The notes under the pieces are model-generated. The model had not been told where the DNA came from. It searched no databases and was given only the letters and a program-made list of their open reading frames with translations. A DNA stretch of 26,484 nt, from positions 1 to 26,484 of IMG/VR virus record IMGVR_UViG_3300037309_000133; one strand, given 5' to 3'. The DNA comes from a virus (Duplodnaviria; Caudoviricetes). The position numbers and the translations under genes are program-made. Numbering within the stretch: position 1 is the stretch's first letter; every line of letters begins with the position of its first letter. Below are positions 1 to 8,645 of this stretch, piece by piece.

Positions 1-11
1 AATGTCTAAAA

Positions 12-354
12 TACTTCATACCTCATACTTCATACTTCATACCTCATACTTCATACCTCATACTTCATACCTCATACTTCATACCTCATACTTCATACCT
101 CATACTTCATACCTCATACTTCATACATCATACTTCATACCTCATACTTCATACCTCATACTTCATACCTCATACTTCATACCTCATACTTCATACCTCA
201 TACTTCATACTTCATACCTCATACTTCATACCTCATACTTCATACTTCATACCTCATACTTCATACTTCATACTTCATACCTCATACTTCATACTTCATA
301 CTTCATACCTCATACTTCATACCTCATACTTCATACCTCATACCTCATACTTCA
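12..354. repeat. Heptamer tandem repeat (TACTTCA/TACCTCA), 49 units
   Basis: 343 bp of 7-mer units, mostly alternating T/C variants, one TACATCA; last unit supplies the TGA stop of the 352-1419 gene. Confidence 0.97.
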
Positions 355-1419
355 CCCCACTTTTAATCCTAATTCCACTTTTCTACGTCCACCGTTTGTT
401 CCAAAAGTAGTGGTCACTTTGTCCACCAAATAATCCCCATCACCCCGTTGCGGATAATGCGGGTCATACAGCTTTACCACATTGCCGACCGCGATAAACG
501 GTTTTAAAAACGTGGTAAAACCACCTTTAAAACTCGTTGCTTTGAACTTGCGAAGTTCCTCCAAAGCCAATTTTTCCAAGTCGGCAAACGTCCGCACATT
601 ATAAAAATGAACCGTCCGCACCTCACCGCCACCCTCTGCCGAAAAATCCCCATTAGAAAGTCCCCCATTGGGGGATTTAGGGGGCTTGCGGCGGCTGTCT
701 TTACGGTCAGGTTTTGCGCCGTCACCGACTTCCGTTTCTAAGCGTGAATTGTCGGGCAGTATCGCAATCGCTTTAACCCGCATTTGCACGTCCGCAGAAT
801 CTTGGCGTTCGAGGTCATTATCAATAGTGTTTACCCCAATTTCGTATTTAACCACCGTCGCGTCGGGTGTGTCGTAGCTCAAGCCAACGAACAGTTTTTT
901 AAAAGAACTAAAATAAATCGTCAAACCAAAGTCGTCTTTCAGCTTTTGCAAAGCCATTGCGCCGTTCACATTCCGTAGATAAAAGCCGTGAAACGTAATC
1001 GAAGGCAAATACTTCGTTTCAAGCGTGATGCCTGTCCCCCTCAGTATTTCCTCCAAAACCGATTTGAGCGTGACCTTTTCCCACGATTTATTAAATCGCT
1101 TACGACGGATTAAAAACGTCGCGTCTTCGCACTCAATACTGAGGGGGGTGTTCGGTAAGATTCGGCGTACATAGCCCCGAAATTCCTCCCGCAATTGCCC
1201 GTTGTAGCCCAAGTTTATGACCACCAAATCCCCCACATTAAATTCATTCGCCGTTGGCACTTCCGAAATATACTGCCCTTTGCGCCGCAAAATCGCGGTC
1301 GTTGGCAGTTTGATAGTGGCGGTGTCTTCCAACACTTTTGCGGATTTGACAATCTCCACCTCATTCACGGCGGTCATTTTTTTGTCGCCTATCGTTATGT
1401 CGGAACTTAAAACAAACAT
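352..1419 (-). CDS. Phage late control D / Mu gpP-like tail-baseplate hub protein
   Basis: 355 aa downstream of tape measure; motifs INLGYNG..EEFRGYV, IECED, C-terminal YLVDKVTTTFG..GGRRKVELG. Confidence 0.8.
   Translation of the reverse strand: MFVLSSDITIGDKKMTAVNEVEIVKSAKVLEDTATIKLPTTAILRRKGQYISEVPTANEFNVGDLVVINLGYNGQLREEFRGYVRRILPNTPLSIECEDATFLIRRKRFNKSWEKVTLKSVLEEILRGTGITLETKYLPSITFHGFYLRNVNGAMALQKLKDDFGLTIYFSSFKKLFVGLSYDTPDATVVKYEIGVNTIDNDLERQDSADVQMRVKAIAILPDNSRLETEVGDGAKPDRKDSRRKPPKSPNGGLSNGDFSAEGGGEVRTVHFYNVRTFADLEKLALEELRKFKATSFKGGFTTFLKPFIAVGNVVKLYDPHYPQRGDGDYLVDKVTTTFGTNGGRRKVELGLKVG
662..689. repeat. Short REP-like G/C-run element, copy 1 (CCCCCATTGGGGGATTTAGGGGGCTTGC)
   Basis: 26/28 identical to 15728-15755; lies inside the gpD-like CDS. 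Confidence 0.75.
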
Positions 1420-1448
1420 CGTCGTATAAAGTCAAAAAACTAAATCTT

Positions 1449-1751
1449 ATGAAATTTTCTCTACCAGACAATTCCGAAAATTGGGAAAAACTGATGTCTT
1501 ACATCTTTCACCAATTGTTTTTAGCCCGTGCAGAGGCGCAATTTTCTTATACCGCTTTACAAACTTTAACGGAGGCAATTCAAACCACCGACCCTACCCA
1601 AGAGGATATTTTGAAAATGCTCAAAGCACTTGACAAAACCAAGAATGAAGCCGTCGCCACCATGTACAATCTCCACGTTGATGCTTTTCAAGACCATTTC
1701 GCCGACTTCGACGTGGATTTGTCAGATTGGCTGAAGCAAGAGCTTGACTAA
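1449..1751 (+). CDS. Hypothetical helical protein, antisense to tail operon (moron-like)
   Basis: 100 aa ATG ORF with AT-rich leader; weak similarity to 14091-14381. Confidence 0.7.
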   Translation: MKFSLPDNSENWEKLMSYIFHQLFLARAEAQFSYTALQTLTEAIQTTDPTQEDILKMLKALDKTKNEAVATMYNLHVDAFQDHFADFDVDLSDWLKQELD

Positions 1752-1848
1752 GCTTTTGGCTCAACAAATCAGAGATTATCTGATGCGCCTGTTTTTCGGC
1801 TTCTGAATAGTCTGTAAATCCAGCTATGGTGATTGTGATACGTTTCAT
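1621..1848 (-). CDS. Small hypothetical protein coupled to the DUF6046-like gene
   Basis: ATGA start/stop overlap at 1845-1848; 3' part overlaps the antisense 1449-1751 gene. Confidence 0.4.
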   Translation of the reverse strand: MKRITITIAGFTDYSEAEKQAHQIISDLLSQKLSQALASANLTNPRRSRRNGLEKHQRGDCTWWRRLHSWFCQVL

Positions 1849-2450
1849 AATTCAAGGATAAATTCATAATCAGATACCAATTCAAGCTGATAGGCTTGGG
1901 CGTGTTGAATCCCTATCATTTCGGGCAATTCAAAATTTTTAATCACCACCCGTTGAATATTGAGCAGTTGCGTCAACCCACACACGATTTCGACGCTTTC
2001 ATTCCGCAAATACAATTTGTGTAACTTGTCTATCCAATCTTCGGGATAGATTTCAGTATCGGTGTCCGTTATGGCAATGCCGCGTAGCGTGATGCGCCAA
2101 TCGTCAATGCTAATCAATTCCTTCACCGTGCCGTGTCGCGTACTCGACACAAGTGGCGTTTCGACAATCGTTTTGCTGCTGCTGAGGCTAATCGTCGGCT
2201 CATTGGGCAGCAAAACCCCACCTAATGCAACGGGCATAAACAACGACTCACCCAAGTACGACCGCGCTTGCAACTGCTGCCGCACATTGATAAGGTTCGG
2301 ATTTTGCCCCCCCTCAGTATCGCCCAAGCCAAAGGCGTTGTAAGTCCGTTCCGTTACTTTGCCCACGCTGGCTTGTTCGCCGTCGTAGTCTTTGCCGCGT
2401 TTAAAACCGAATGCCTTTTCAAATAACTGATTGATGGAAAAATTTGTCAT
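1845..2450 (-). CDS. DUF6046-like phage tail protein (tube initiator-type position)
   Basis: 201 aa directly after tape measure; IVETPL..GTVKELISIDDWRITLRG and C-terminal QAYQLELVSD motifs. Confidence 0.75.
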   Translation of the reverse strand: MTNFSINQLFEKAFGFKRGKDYDGEQASVGKVTERTYNAFGLGDTEGGQNPNLINVRQQLQARSYLGESLFMPVALGGVLLPNEPTISLSSSKTIVETPLVSSTRHGTVKELISIDDWRITLRGIAITDTDTEIYPEDWIDKLHKLYLRNESVEIVCGLTQLLNIQRVVIKNFELPEMIGIQHAQAYQLELVSDYEFILEL

Positions 2451-2451
2451 G

Positions 2452-2510
2452 CGTGTTACGTATGGCGTACCGCGTATGGCGTAGGTCGTTTATCGCAATA
2501 CGCAATACAA
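2452..2510. repeat. Degenerate short repeats (CGTATGG, CGCAATA) in intergenic gap
   Basis: CGTATGGCGTA twice and CGCAATA twice. Confidence 0.5.
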
Positions 2511-2511
2511 T

Positions 2512-4269
2512 TTATTGAATTTGATTTGCCATATTGACTACTTGCGTCAATTCGCGCAGTAAGATTTCACGAATTTGCTCTGCCCCTTCTTTTACGTTGG
2601 TCACTTGCATCGTCAGCGTATCAATCCCAATCTTACCCACTTGTATCGTGATAGTTTTGGAGCCGCCGCCCGTGATGCCCGTTGCCGTCTTTTTGGCAGC
2701 ATCGTTTTTATCCGTCGAACCGCCACCACTTGCGCTTGCGCCGAAGCTCACACCGCCGAGCGCACCTTGTCGGTCGTCCCGTTCTGAATAATATTTGTCT
2801 TGCAAATCGCCATAAGCCCCACTATTCCACCCTTTGTTATAGGCTTCACCAATCGTTTTCCCCGCCGAGTAGTAGTCCGTTGCCATGTTTTTCAAGGCAG
2901 TCGCACCGTCAGCGATGCCTTGCCGAATCAAAGAAAAATCTTGTGTAAATACACCCCACAGTATTTTGCCAAATGCCATTAGCGGCGCAATAGCGAAATC
3001 GTATAGGTATTTACCAAACACTTTCAGCACTTCCCACATACCAATTATGAAGCCTCGAAAACTCTCAAACTTGCCCCAAGCCCATACTACCGCCGCCCCG
3101 ACCGCAATAATCGCGGCAGGAATCCAAAAGATAGGACTCTTTAAAAACGTTAGATTTAAGCGTACCAAAGCCGCATTGAAGCTAAGGGTCGCTTCGGTCG
3201 CCAATATTTTCATGGCAGCGTAAAACCCATAAGCCCCGCCGCCGAAATACAGTTGCAATTGTCGAATGCCCAGCAATTGATTGCCGATGAAAGTCACCGC
3301 ATTCCACGCAATGCCAATCGCTTTGAGGGCATAAAAACCGCCATAAGCAAACAAAGCCGCCCCGCCAACTTTAAAAATCAAATCAATATGCTGCCCCAAC
3401 CAATCCACCGCAGGGATTAAATACCCGTTCAAAAACGCGGTCACGGTCGGCATTATCTTCTCGCCAAACGTCAATTGCAACTGCAATAAACTGTTATCGA
3501 AGCGGTTAAAATTGGCGGTTGCCGAGTCTGTGGATGCCAAAGCGGCTTGTCCGAAGGTTTTGTGCATTTCGGCAGCGAATTTGGGTAAAAAATCCGTTGC
3601 TAAGACTTCGCCGCGTTCCAACATCTTGCCCAAAGCCTGTTGGGTCACGCCCATCGAACGAGCAGCAATCCCAAATGCGCCGGGTAAACGTTCGCCCAAT
3701 TGCCCCCGCAATTCCTCCGCGCTGACCGTGCCTTTTGATGCCATTTGCGACAATGCCATAAAAATACCTTTCGACTCATCAGCACTCAAACCCATCACGG
3801 TTGTCCCTTCGCTGACGGATTTGAAAATGTCCCGGGTTTGCGCCGCCGTGATGCCCGTTCCCATGACCCCGCCCGACAATTTGGCAAAGCCTTCGGTCGC
3901 AGCTTTTTGATTCAGAGCCAACGTGTCAATCGTCGAATTGAGAAAGGATAGATTTTCCGCACCCTTCCCCGCGCTCGAAAAATTGATACTCCGCTCAAAC
4001 CCTTCAAACTTCGCCGTCGCTTGCAAACTACCCATCGTAGTGGCGACGATGCCCAAAGTCCCAATCAATTGCGCCGCGCTCGACCCCATTGAGTTAAACG
4101 CGGACACGCCCGTTGTCCCTGCCGTGCGCGTGCGCCGCCCCAGCGTTTCGACTTTAGCGTTTACTTTATCCAAAGTCGTCTCAAAGCGTTCGGTGGCAGC
4201 AGATAGCTTCGCTACCGCGCTGTCGCCAATCGCTTGGAGTTTGATGAGATATGTAAAATCTTTATTCAA
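2512..4269 (-). CDS. Tape measure protein
   Basis: 585 aa Ala/Gly-rich; ALSQMASKGTVSAEELRGQLGERLPGAF tape-measure motif; hydrophobic C-terminal half; TTG start. Confidence 0.92.
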   Translation of the reverse strand: MNKDFTYLIKLQAIGDSAVAKLSAATERFETTLDKVNAKVETLGRRTRTAGTTGVSAFNSMGSSAAQLIGTLGIVATTMGSLQATAKFEGFERSINFSSAGKGAENLSFLNSTIDTLALNQKAATEGFAKLSGGVMGTGITAAQTRDIFKSVSEGTTVMGLSADESKGIFMALSQMASKGTVSAEELRGQLGERLPGAFGIAARSMGVTQQALGKMLERGEVLATDFLPKFAAEMHKTFGQAALASTDSATANFNRFDNSLLQLQLTFGEKIMPTVTAFLNGYLIPAVDWLGQHIDLIFKVGGAALFAYGGFYALKAIGIAWNAVTFIGNQLLGIRQLQLYFGGGAYGFYAAMKILATEATLSFNAALVRLNLTFLKSPIFWIPAAIIAVGAAVVWAWGKFESFRGFIIGMWEVLKVFGKYLYDFAIAPLMAFGKILWGVFTQDFSLIRQGIADGATALKNMATDYYSAGKTIGEAYNKGWNSGAYGDLQDKYYSERDDRQGALGGVSFGASASGGGSTDKNDAAKKTATGITGGGSKTITIQVGKIGIDTLTMQVTNVKEGAEQIREILLRELTQVVNMANQIQ

Positions 4270-4288
4270 AACGACGTGATTTTTTTTA

Positions 4289-4322
4289 AGTCTTAGGAAG
4301 CCTTTGGAGGCTTCCTAAGACT
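4289..4322. repeat. Palindromic REP-like hairpin, copy 1
   Basis: AGTCTTAGGAAGCCT-TTGG-AGGCTTCCTAAGACT; 4291-4320 is the exact reverse complement of 23407-23436. Confidence 0.85.
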
Positions 4323-4328
4323 GAGTGA

Positions 4329-4505
4329 CTATTTGGCGTTGGCTTCCGATTGCCGTATGTGTTCCAATTGTTTTAGGGTCACACACCACGCCTCATCGTC
4401 CAAACTGTCAATATACTGAGGGGTCAAACCCAAATAATACATCAATAAGGTATCGGAATAACTTATCCAATTGTCGTCGGGCGACCCGTCCGCGTCTTCT
4501 AAGTT
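4329..4505 (-). CDS. -1 frameshift extension of tail assembly chaperone (gpGT-type)
   Basis: After TTA AAA AAA the -1 frame reads NLEDADGSPDDNWISYSDTLLMYYLGLTPQYIDSLDDEAWCVTLKQLEHIRQSEANAK*, ending just upstream of tape measure. Confidence 0.8.
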   Translation of the reverse strand, partial: NLEDADGSPDDNWISYSDTLLMYYLGLTPQYIDSLDDEAWCVTLKQLEHIRQSEANAK

Positions 4506-4762
4506 TTTTTTAACTCGCCCTCTTTTTTACCGTAGATGGTATCAGAATTTTCTGCCACAAACAACACAAAACCCGTATCTTCTTTCAAAGCCGTTTTTTC
4601 AGTTTGAGTCGCATCTGTGAGGCAATTGTCAATCAAAACGTCCACGCTTTTAAGCGGGTCTTTTTTCGATAAGGTGATGCCCATTGACAAAATTTTTCGC
4701 GTCGGTGGCGTGAAAACGTAATCTTTGCCGTCGTAGGTAAGCGTGATATTTTGCTTTTTCAT
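4499..4762 (-). CDS. Tail assembly chaperone (gpG-type)
   Basis: 87 aa between tube and tape measure, ends ELKKT* over an A8 slippery run. Confidence 0.8.
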   Translation of the reverse strand: MKKQNITLTYDGKDYVFTPPTRKILSMGITLSKKDPLKSVDVLIDNCLTDATQTEKTALKEDTGFVLFVAENSDTIYGKKEGELKKT

Positions 4763-4823
4763 TGTCCGTAAACTGTTTTAAAACCGTTTTTAAAAGTATT
4801 TTACTGAGGGGGTTTTTTGAGCC

Positions 4824-4858
4824 AATTATCGGCGTGACGCGCAGTCACGCCGACAATT
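4824..4858. repeat. Intergenic hairpin downstream of tail tube gene
   Basis: TCGGCGTGAC (4829-4838) / GTCACGCCGA (4844-4853), flanked by AATT. Confidence 0.7.
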
Positions 4859-4864
4859 CTCCTA

Positions 4865-5287
4865 CTACACGTTGGTTTGAATATTCAACGCCATGAATTT
4901 CAAGGCGACCTCCATTTCTTTATCGCCCTGAGCGAATCCCTTTTCATATTCCGAAATACGAGCGGATTTAATCACATCGGTCACAAGCAGCGTTCCGTCG
5001 TTGTACTGTACCACGATGTCAAAACTCACATCCGTCAAATCTTTGGTAGGCGATATGGCTTTTATGGCAGCTTCCATGCCCGTCAGCTCGCTTTGCGTCA
5101 CCGTCAATTCGCCTTCGTAGCTCTTATTGCCCGCCTGAATACTGAGGGGCTTGTTGCCACGCCCGTAGAGGGCGTCTTGGTCGGTTTTGATGGTGTATTT
5201 GACCCCTCGAAAGCCCTCCACCGTCCGACCCAACAGCCGAACCGACACGTCGGCAAACTCATAGTTTTTACTATTGAATGTAGGCAT
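4865..5287 (-). CDS. Tail tube protein
   Basis: 140 aa after sheath; FNSKNYEFADV, LYGRGNKPLSIQAGN..YEGELTV, QGDKEMEVALKF motifs. Confidence 0.85.
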   Translation of the reverse strand: MPTFNSKNYEFADVSVRLLGRTVEGFRGVKYTIKTDQDALYGRGNKPLSIQAGNKSYEGELTVTQSELTGMEAAIKAISPTKDLTDVSFDIVVQYNDGTLLVTDVIKSARISEYEKGFAQGDKEMEVALKFMALNIQTNV

Positions 5288-5301
5288 TTTGTAAAGAAAT
5301 T

Positions 5302-5364
5302 ATAGGTGATAGGTGAAAAGTGATAGGTGATAATTACTTATCACTTTTCACCTATCACTTTTCA
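5302..5364. repeat. Heptamer-built imperfect palindrome (TAGGTGA/AAAGTGA units and their inverse)
   Basis: Left arm TAGGTGA TAGGTGA AAAGTGA TAGGTGA; right arm TCACTTT TCACCTA TCACTTT. Confidence 0.85.
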
Positions 5365-5365
5365 A

Positions 5366-6547
5366 TTAAGAATTAGCGGGATTGCGGAAACCCAACTCCA
5401 CGACGATATGCGTTTTGTAGCCAACGGGCGTGATGTTTAGTTGAATTTTGTATTGTCCCGTTGCCAAAATATTCTGGAAAGGGTCAATGAGGCACTGCAC
5501 CGCCGAAATTTCGGCATTGGCTAACATAGTGAGGCTAATTGCCCGTTCCATGTCCGCTTGGTCGGCTTTGGCTTCTACGGGGTCAATTCTGCCTTGCGCG
5601 TCCACTTGAATTTCGTCTTCGACTTTCTCCAAAAATGTATCGTAGGCAATACGAATGGCTTTGTCAATGACCCGCCGATTGACCACCGAACTAAAATCTT
5701 CCGTTTCGACGGTCGCCGTATTGTCGTTGGTGAAAAAATAACCCGCTTTGCGGTTGTGCTTCCGAAGCCCAATAAAACCATTGTCGTTGACAATCGTAGC
5801 GAGGTTGTTATTGACTTGCAAACTGCCGTAGTAAGCATAATCTACGTTTTTAACCGCCCCATCTGCTACTGCGCCGATTTTGCGTTGTACCGAGTTTTTG
5901 CTCAATCGCCCCAACACCAAGCCTACTGCACCCATGCGAGAGGGCATATAATCGCCCAAAAACACCGCCACGCGGTTGTCCGAGCGTTGGGTCAAGTCGG
6001 GCAAAGTCAATTGACTAAATGTCGTGTTGACAAATCGTCCCTGTAAAATAAACAAAATAGGGGCAAATTCTGCCGCCCAAGCCGTTGCCACCGTTTGCGC
6101 CGCCCCAATTGCCGTATAAACGTCCGCGTCCAAGACCGTCGAACCTTGCGCGACGGGTGTGTAGCTGCCCAATGGATTGCGAATGACCCCAATGATTTTG
6201 ACCCGAAAATTCGATTCATTCATCAAAGTTTCCGTGTGGCTCGTGACCATTTGCGCCATCGTAAGCGACTGACTTAGCAATTTGACCCACAATTCTTTGC
6301 CGTTACCACCTTCATCGTAGAAGTCTCTGAGGTGCGACAACACATTCAAATTGTTTATCGTGTCGTATTCTTCGCCAAAATCAGCCAATACGTCGGCATA
6401 GCTGAAATATTGGCGATGGTCGCCTACGGCAATAGCATTACCGTCCACACCTTGTACCAAAAGCCCCATCACACCGTCGTCGGTGGCGGGTGCAATGCCC
6501 AAATTGTTGTTCGTTACAATTACGGTTATTTTTGATAATTCTGCCAT
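5366..6547 (-). CDS. Tail sheath protein (DUF2586-like)
   Basis: 393 aa; GLVLGRL..VQRKIGAV.DG, NRRVIDKAIRIAY, C-terminal ITPVGY..IVVELGF. Confidence 0.87.
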   Translation of the reverse strand: MAELSKITVIVTNNNLGIAPATDDGVMGLLVQGVDGNAIAVGDHRQYFSYADVLADFGEEYDTINNLNVLSHLRDFYDEGGNGKELWVKLLSQSLTMAQMVTSHTETLMNESNFRVKIIGVIRNPLGSYTPVAQGSTVLDADVYTAIGAAQTVATAWAAEFAPILFILQGRFVNTTFSQLTLPDLTQRSDNRVAVFLGDYMPSRMGAVGLVLGRLSKNSVQRKIGAVADGAVKNVDYAYYGSLQVNNNLATIVNDNGFIGLRKHNRKAGYFFTNDNTATVETEDFSSVVNRRVIDKAIRIAYDTFLEKVEDEIQVDAQGRIDPVEAKADQADMERAISLTMLANAEISAVQCLIDPFQNILATGQYKIQLNITPVGYKTHIVVELGFRNPANS

Positions 6548-6548
6548 G

Positions 6549-6633
6549 ATAGTTAGTTAGTTGGTTAGTTAGTTGGGTTGGTTAGTTGGTTAGTGTGTAA
6601 CTAACTAACCAACTAACCCAACTATCTAACTAC
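6549..6633. repeat. Tetramer-built imperfect palindrome (TTAG/TTGG versus CTAA/CCAA)
   Basis: Run of GTTA/GTTG units followed by their reverse complement. Confidence 0.85.
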
Positions 6634-7062
6634 TTAGAAATAGCCGCCCGAAGCTTTTTTGTTTTTAAACAGCGAATCCACAATCCATTTCAACACATTG
6701 AAAACGTTGTTATCCGCTTGCGTTGGCGTCAGATTAACAACGGCTTGTGCCACAAACAACAGCACCGTAATCCAACCAATCCAATTAACGACCGCCCAAT
6801 TCCAAAACGACTGCCCCGCCTTCGGTTGCGTAAACACAACATTCAGGGCAATGATAGAGTCGGGAGCAGTCTGTCGAATCGTCACGGGAACCGCCGACGT
6901 TTGACCGTCTTTGAGCGTTCCAATAAACACATTGGTCGCCGTTGGGCTGTCCAATTGGGCTTGTACTGAGGGGGGGATGTCTTGGGCTTGGATAGTTGTG
7001 CAACTCTGCACTATCAGCAAGGCATCAATGCCCACAATAAAATAAAACAGAAACTTTTTCAT
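6634..7062 (-). CDS. Membrane/exported protein, possibly lysis-related
   Basis: N-terminal hydrophobic signal-like segment, C-terminal TM followed by LTPTQADN. Confidence 0.55.
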   Translation of the reverse strand: MKKFLFYFIVGIDALLIVQSCTTIQAQDIPPSVQAQLDSPTATNVFIGTLKDGQTSAVPVTIRQTAPDSIIALNVVFTQPKAGQSFWNWAVVNWIGWITVLLFVAQAVVNLTPTQADNNVFNVLKWIVDSLFKNKKASGGYF

Positions 7063-7132
7063 GTAGAAAGTAGATTTGAACGTGATTAGAACGGGTATAA
7101 AACCCTGTCAATAAGGCGGCGCACGAAGGCGA

Positions 7133-7366
7133 CTAAGCCTTTTTTTCGGCTTTTGGCACTTTTAATTCTGTCGGTATCTCGGTAGCGTAAACGTCCGATT
7201 TTTTGACTATCAGCATATTGTCGGTAATACCCGCCGCAAAATTGGTCGCGTGTACCTTTTGGCTACCCATGAATACTTGGGTGTCGTGGTGCTTGTTTTT
7301 GACCACATACAGTTCCGATTCGTCGGAGTGTGCCTCAAAATAGGCTTTCAATTCGTCTTTTCCCAT
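7133..7366 (-). CDS. Hypothetical phage protein
   Basis: 77 aa co-oriented in late operon. Confidence 0.65.
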   Translation of the reverse strand: MGKDELKAYFEAHSDESELYVVKNKHHDTQVFMGSQKVHATNFAAGITDNMLIVKKSDVYATEIPTELKVPKAEKKA

Positions 7367-7371
7367 CGTTG

Positions 7372-7623
7372 TTATTTTACGAAATGTTGAATTAAAAAAG
7401 AGGCAATAGACCCCAAAGCAGTGGCAATGGCAGATGCCAGTGTCGTGTAAGTTTTGATACGGGTATTGACTTCGACTTTGAACCGTTCAAAATCAAGCTC
7501 CAATTGCCGAAGCCGTGCTTCGTTCTCGTCGGCTTTCCTTTCGAGCCGTTGCACCGTCTCGTAGGTCAATACACTGATGACTTGTGGACTCATGCCTTTG
7601 TATTCTTCTGTTACTTCTGCCAC
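7372..7623 (-). CDS. Coiled-coil protein with C-terminal TM (holin/XhlA-like)
   Basis: 83 aa; RLERK..EARLRQLE coil followed by a hydrophobic tail; GTG start. Confidence 0.6.
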   Translation of the reverse strand: MAEVTEEYKGMSPQVISVLTYETVQRLERKADENEARLRQLELDFERFKVEVNTRIKTYTTLASAIATALGSIASFLIQHFVK

Positions 7624-7669
7624 TGCTTTGAGATGCTAATTGCTGTTTAAAAAATTGATATTCAGGAAA

Positions 7670-8581
7670 TTACACGCCTTGCGTCAAGAGCAAAACGCCT
7701 TTATTATCACCACGCCGAGCGCGACCGCCTACACGGATAAACATGGACATTTCGTCGCCATAGCTTGCCGCCAAATTGGGCGTGTAAATCAAATTGCGCT
7801 CACCCAAAGCGTATTCCACACAAGACTTGTGAAACGCCACCCCACAGAAATTATCTGTCCCCAAAGTTGCCACACCAGAGTCAGGCAAACGACTGGTTGC
7901 ACCGTCCGCCGTCACGCGATGCACACGGCTGCGTTTCATAATTTTGAAACCCGCATACATGGGCAAATTGCCCGTTGAAAAATCTACGTTTGTGAAAGCG
8001 AACACGTTTTTGATGTCTGCATCTTCCAAAAGGTCTTGGTGCATATCGGGTGTGATGATGAGGTAGCGGTCTTCGTCAGGGATTTCCTGCACGTCCATCA
8101 TGGTTTGCAAAGTCCGCAAATCGGCGGCGGTCGTTTTTTTGCGCGTGCCTGTCAAACCTGCCACCGCTTTTGCCGCGCCTGTCGTTGCCAAACGGAAATT
8201 CGCGTTGTTCGGCACATTGCGACACCAATATTCCAACACCGCATCACCCGCCAATTGGAACATAAACGCACCCGTTTCATCAATCATAGATTGCATTTTC
8301 TGATAATTGATGTCGGCTTGTTCCATTTTCGTCACCCGCAAAGGGTCGGACGTAAAATTGTCCAAAGCGTAGGTGACATCGGTATCAGCGCGGCTGATGA
8401 CCGTTGCCGGAATAACGGTGCGGTTGCGTTGCGCCCCTGCGGGTCCGCCCGACTGCGAAATGTGGACGACCGCACCGCCCAATACTTCGCTCGTCACATC
8501 TGTGCCGAACTTCAAAAAAACATTTTTACGGAATAAAGCATTGACAATGCCTTGTTTCCATAATTCTACTTGAACTGCCAT
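7670..8581 (-). CDS. Major capsid protein
   Basis: 303 aa after protease/scaffold; starts MAVQVELW; IPDEDRYLII.PD...DLL and YAGFKIM motifs. Confidence 0.85.
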   Translation of the reverse strand: MAVQVELWKQGIVNALFRKNVFLKFGTDVTSEVLGGAVVHISQSGGPAGAQRNRTVIPATVISRADTDVTYALDNFTSDPLRVTKMEQADINYQKMQSMIDETGAFMFQLAGDAVLEYWCRNVPNNANFRLATTGAAKAVAGLTGTRKKTTAADLRTLQTMMDVQEIPDEDRYLIITPDMHQDLLEDADIKNVFAFTNVDFSTGNLPMYAGFKIMKRSRVHRVTADGATSRLPDSGVATLGTDNFCGVAFHKSCVEYALGERNLIYTPNLAASYGDEMSMFIRVGGRARRGDNKGVLLLTQGV

Positions 8582-8645
8582 TTGAGTATGTTACTTTTTG
8601 TTGTGATTGCAAAACTTTTTGTTTCAAAATAGGGAAAGGGGTAGT

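Noticed and set aside
12-354. CRISPR array
   Set aside because: No spacers; pure 7-bp tandem units
2-433. 143-aa ORF with ILHTSYF repeats
   Set aside because: Simply the translation of the heptamer array; overlaps the gpD-like gene antisense
6634-7623. Complete lysis cassette
   Set aside because: Only holin-like membrane ORFs; no endolysin motif recognised in the window, it may lie outside
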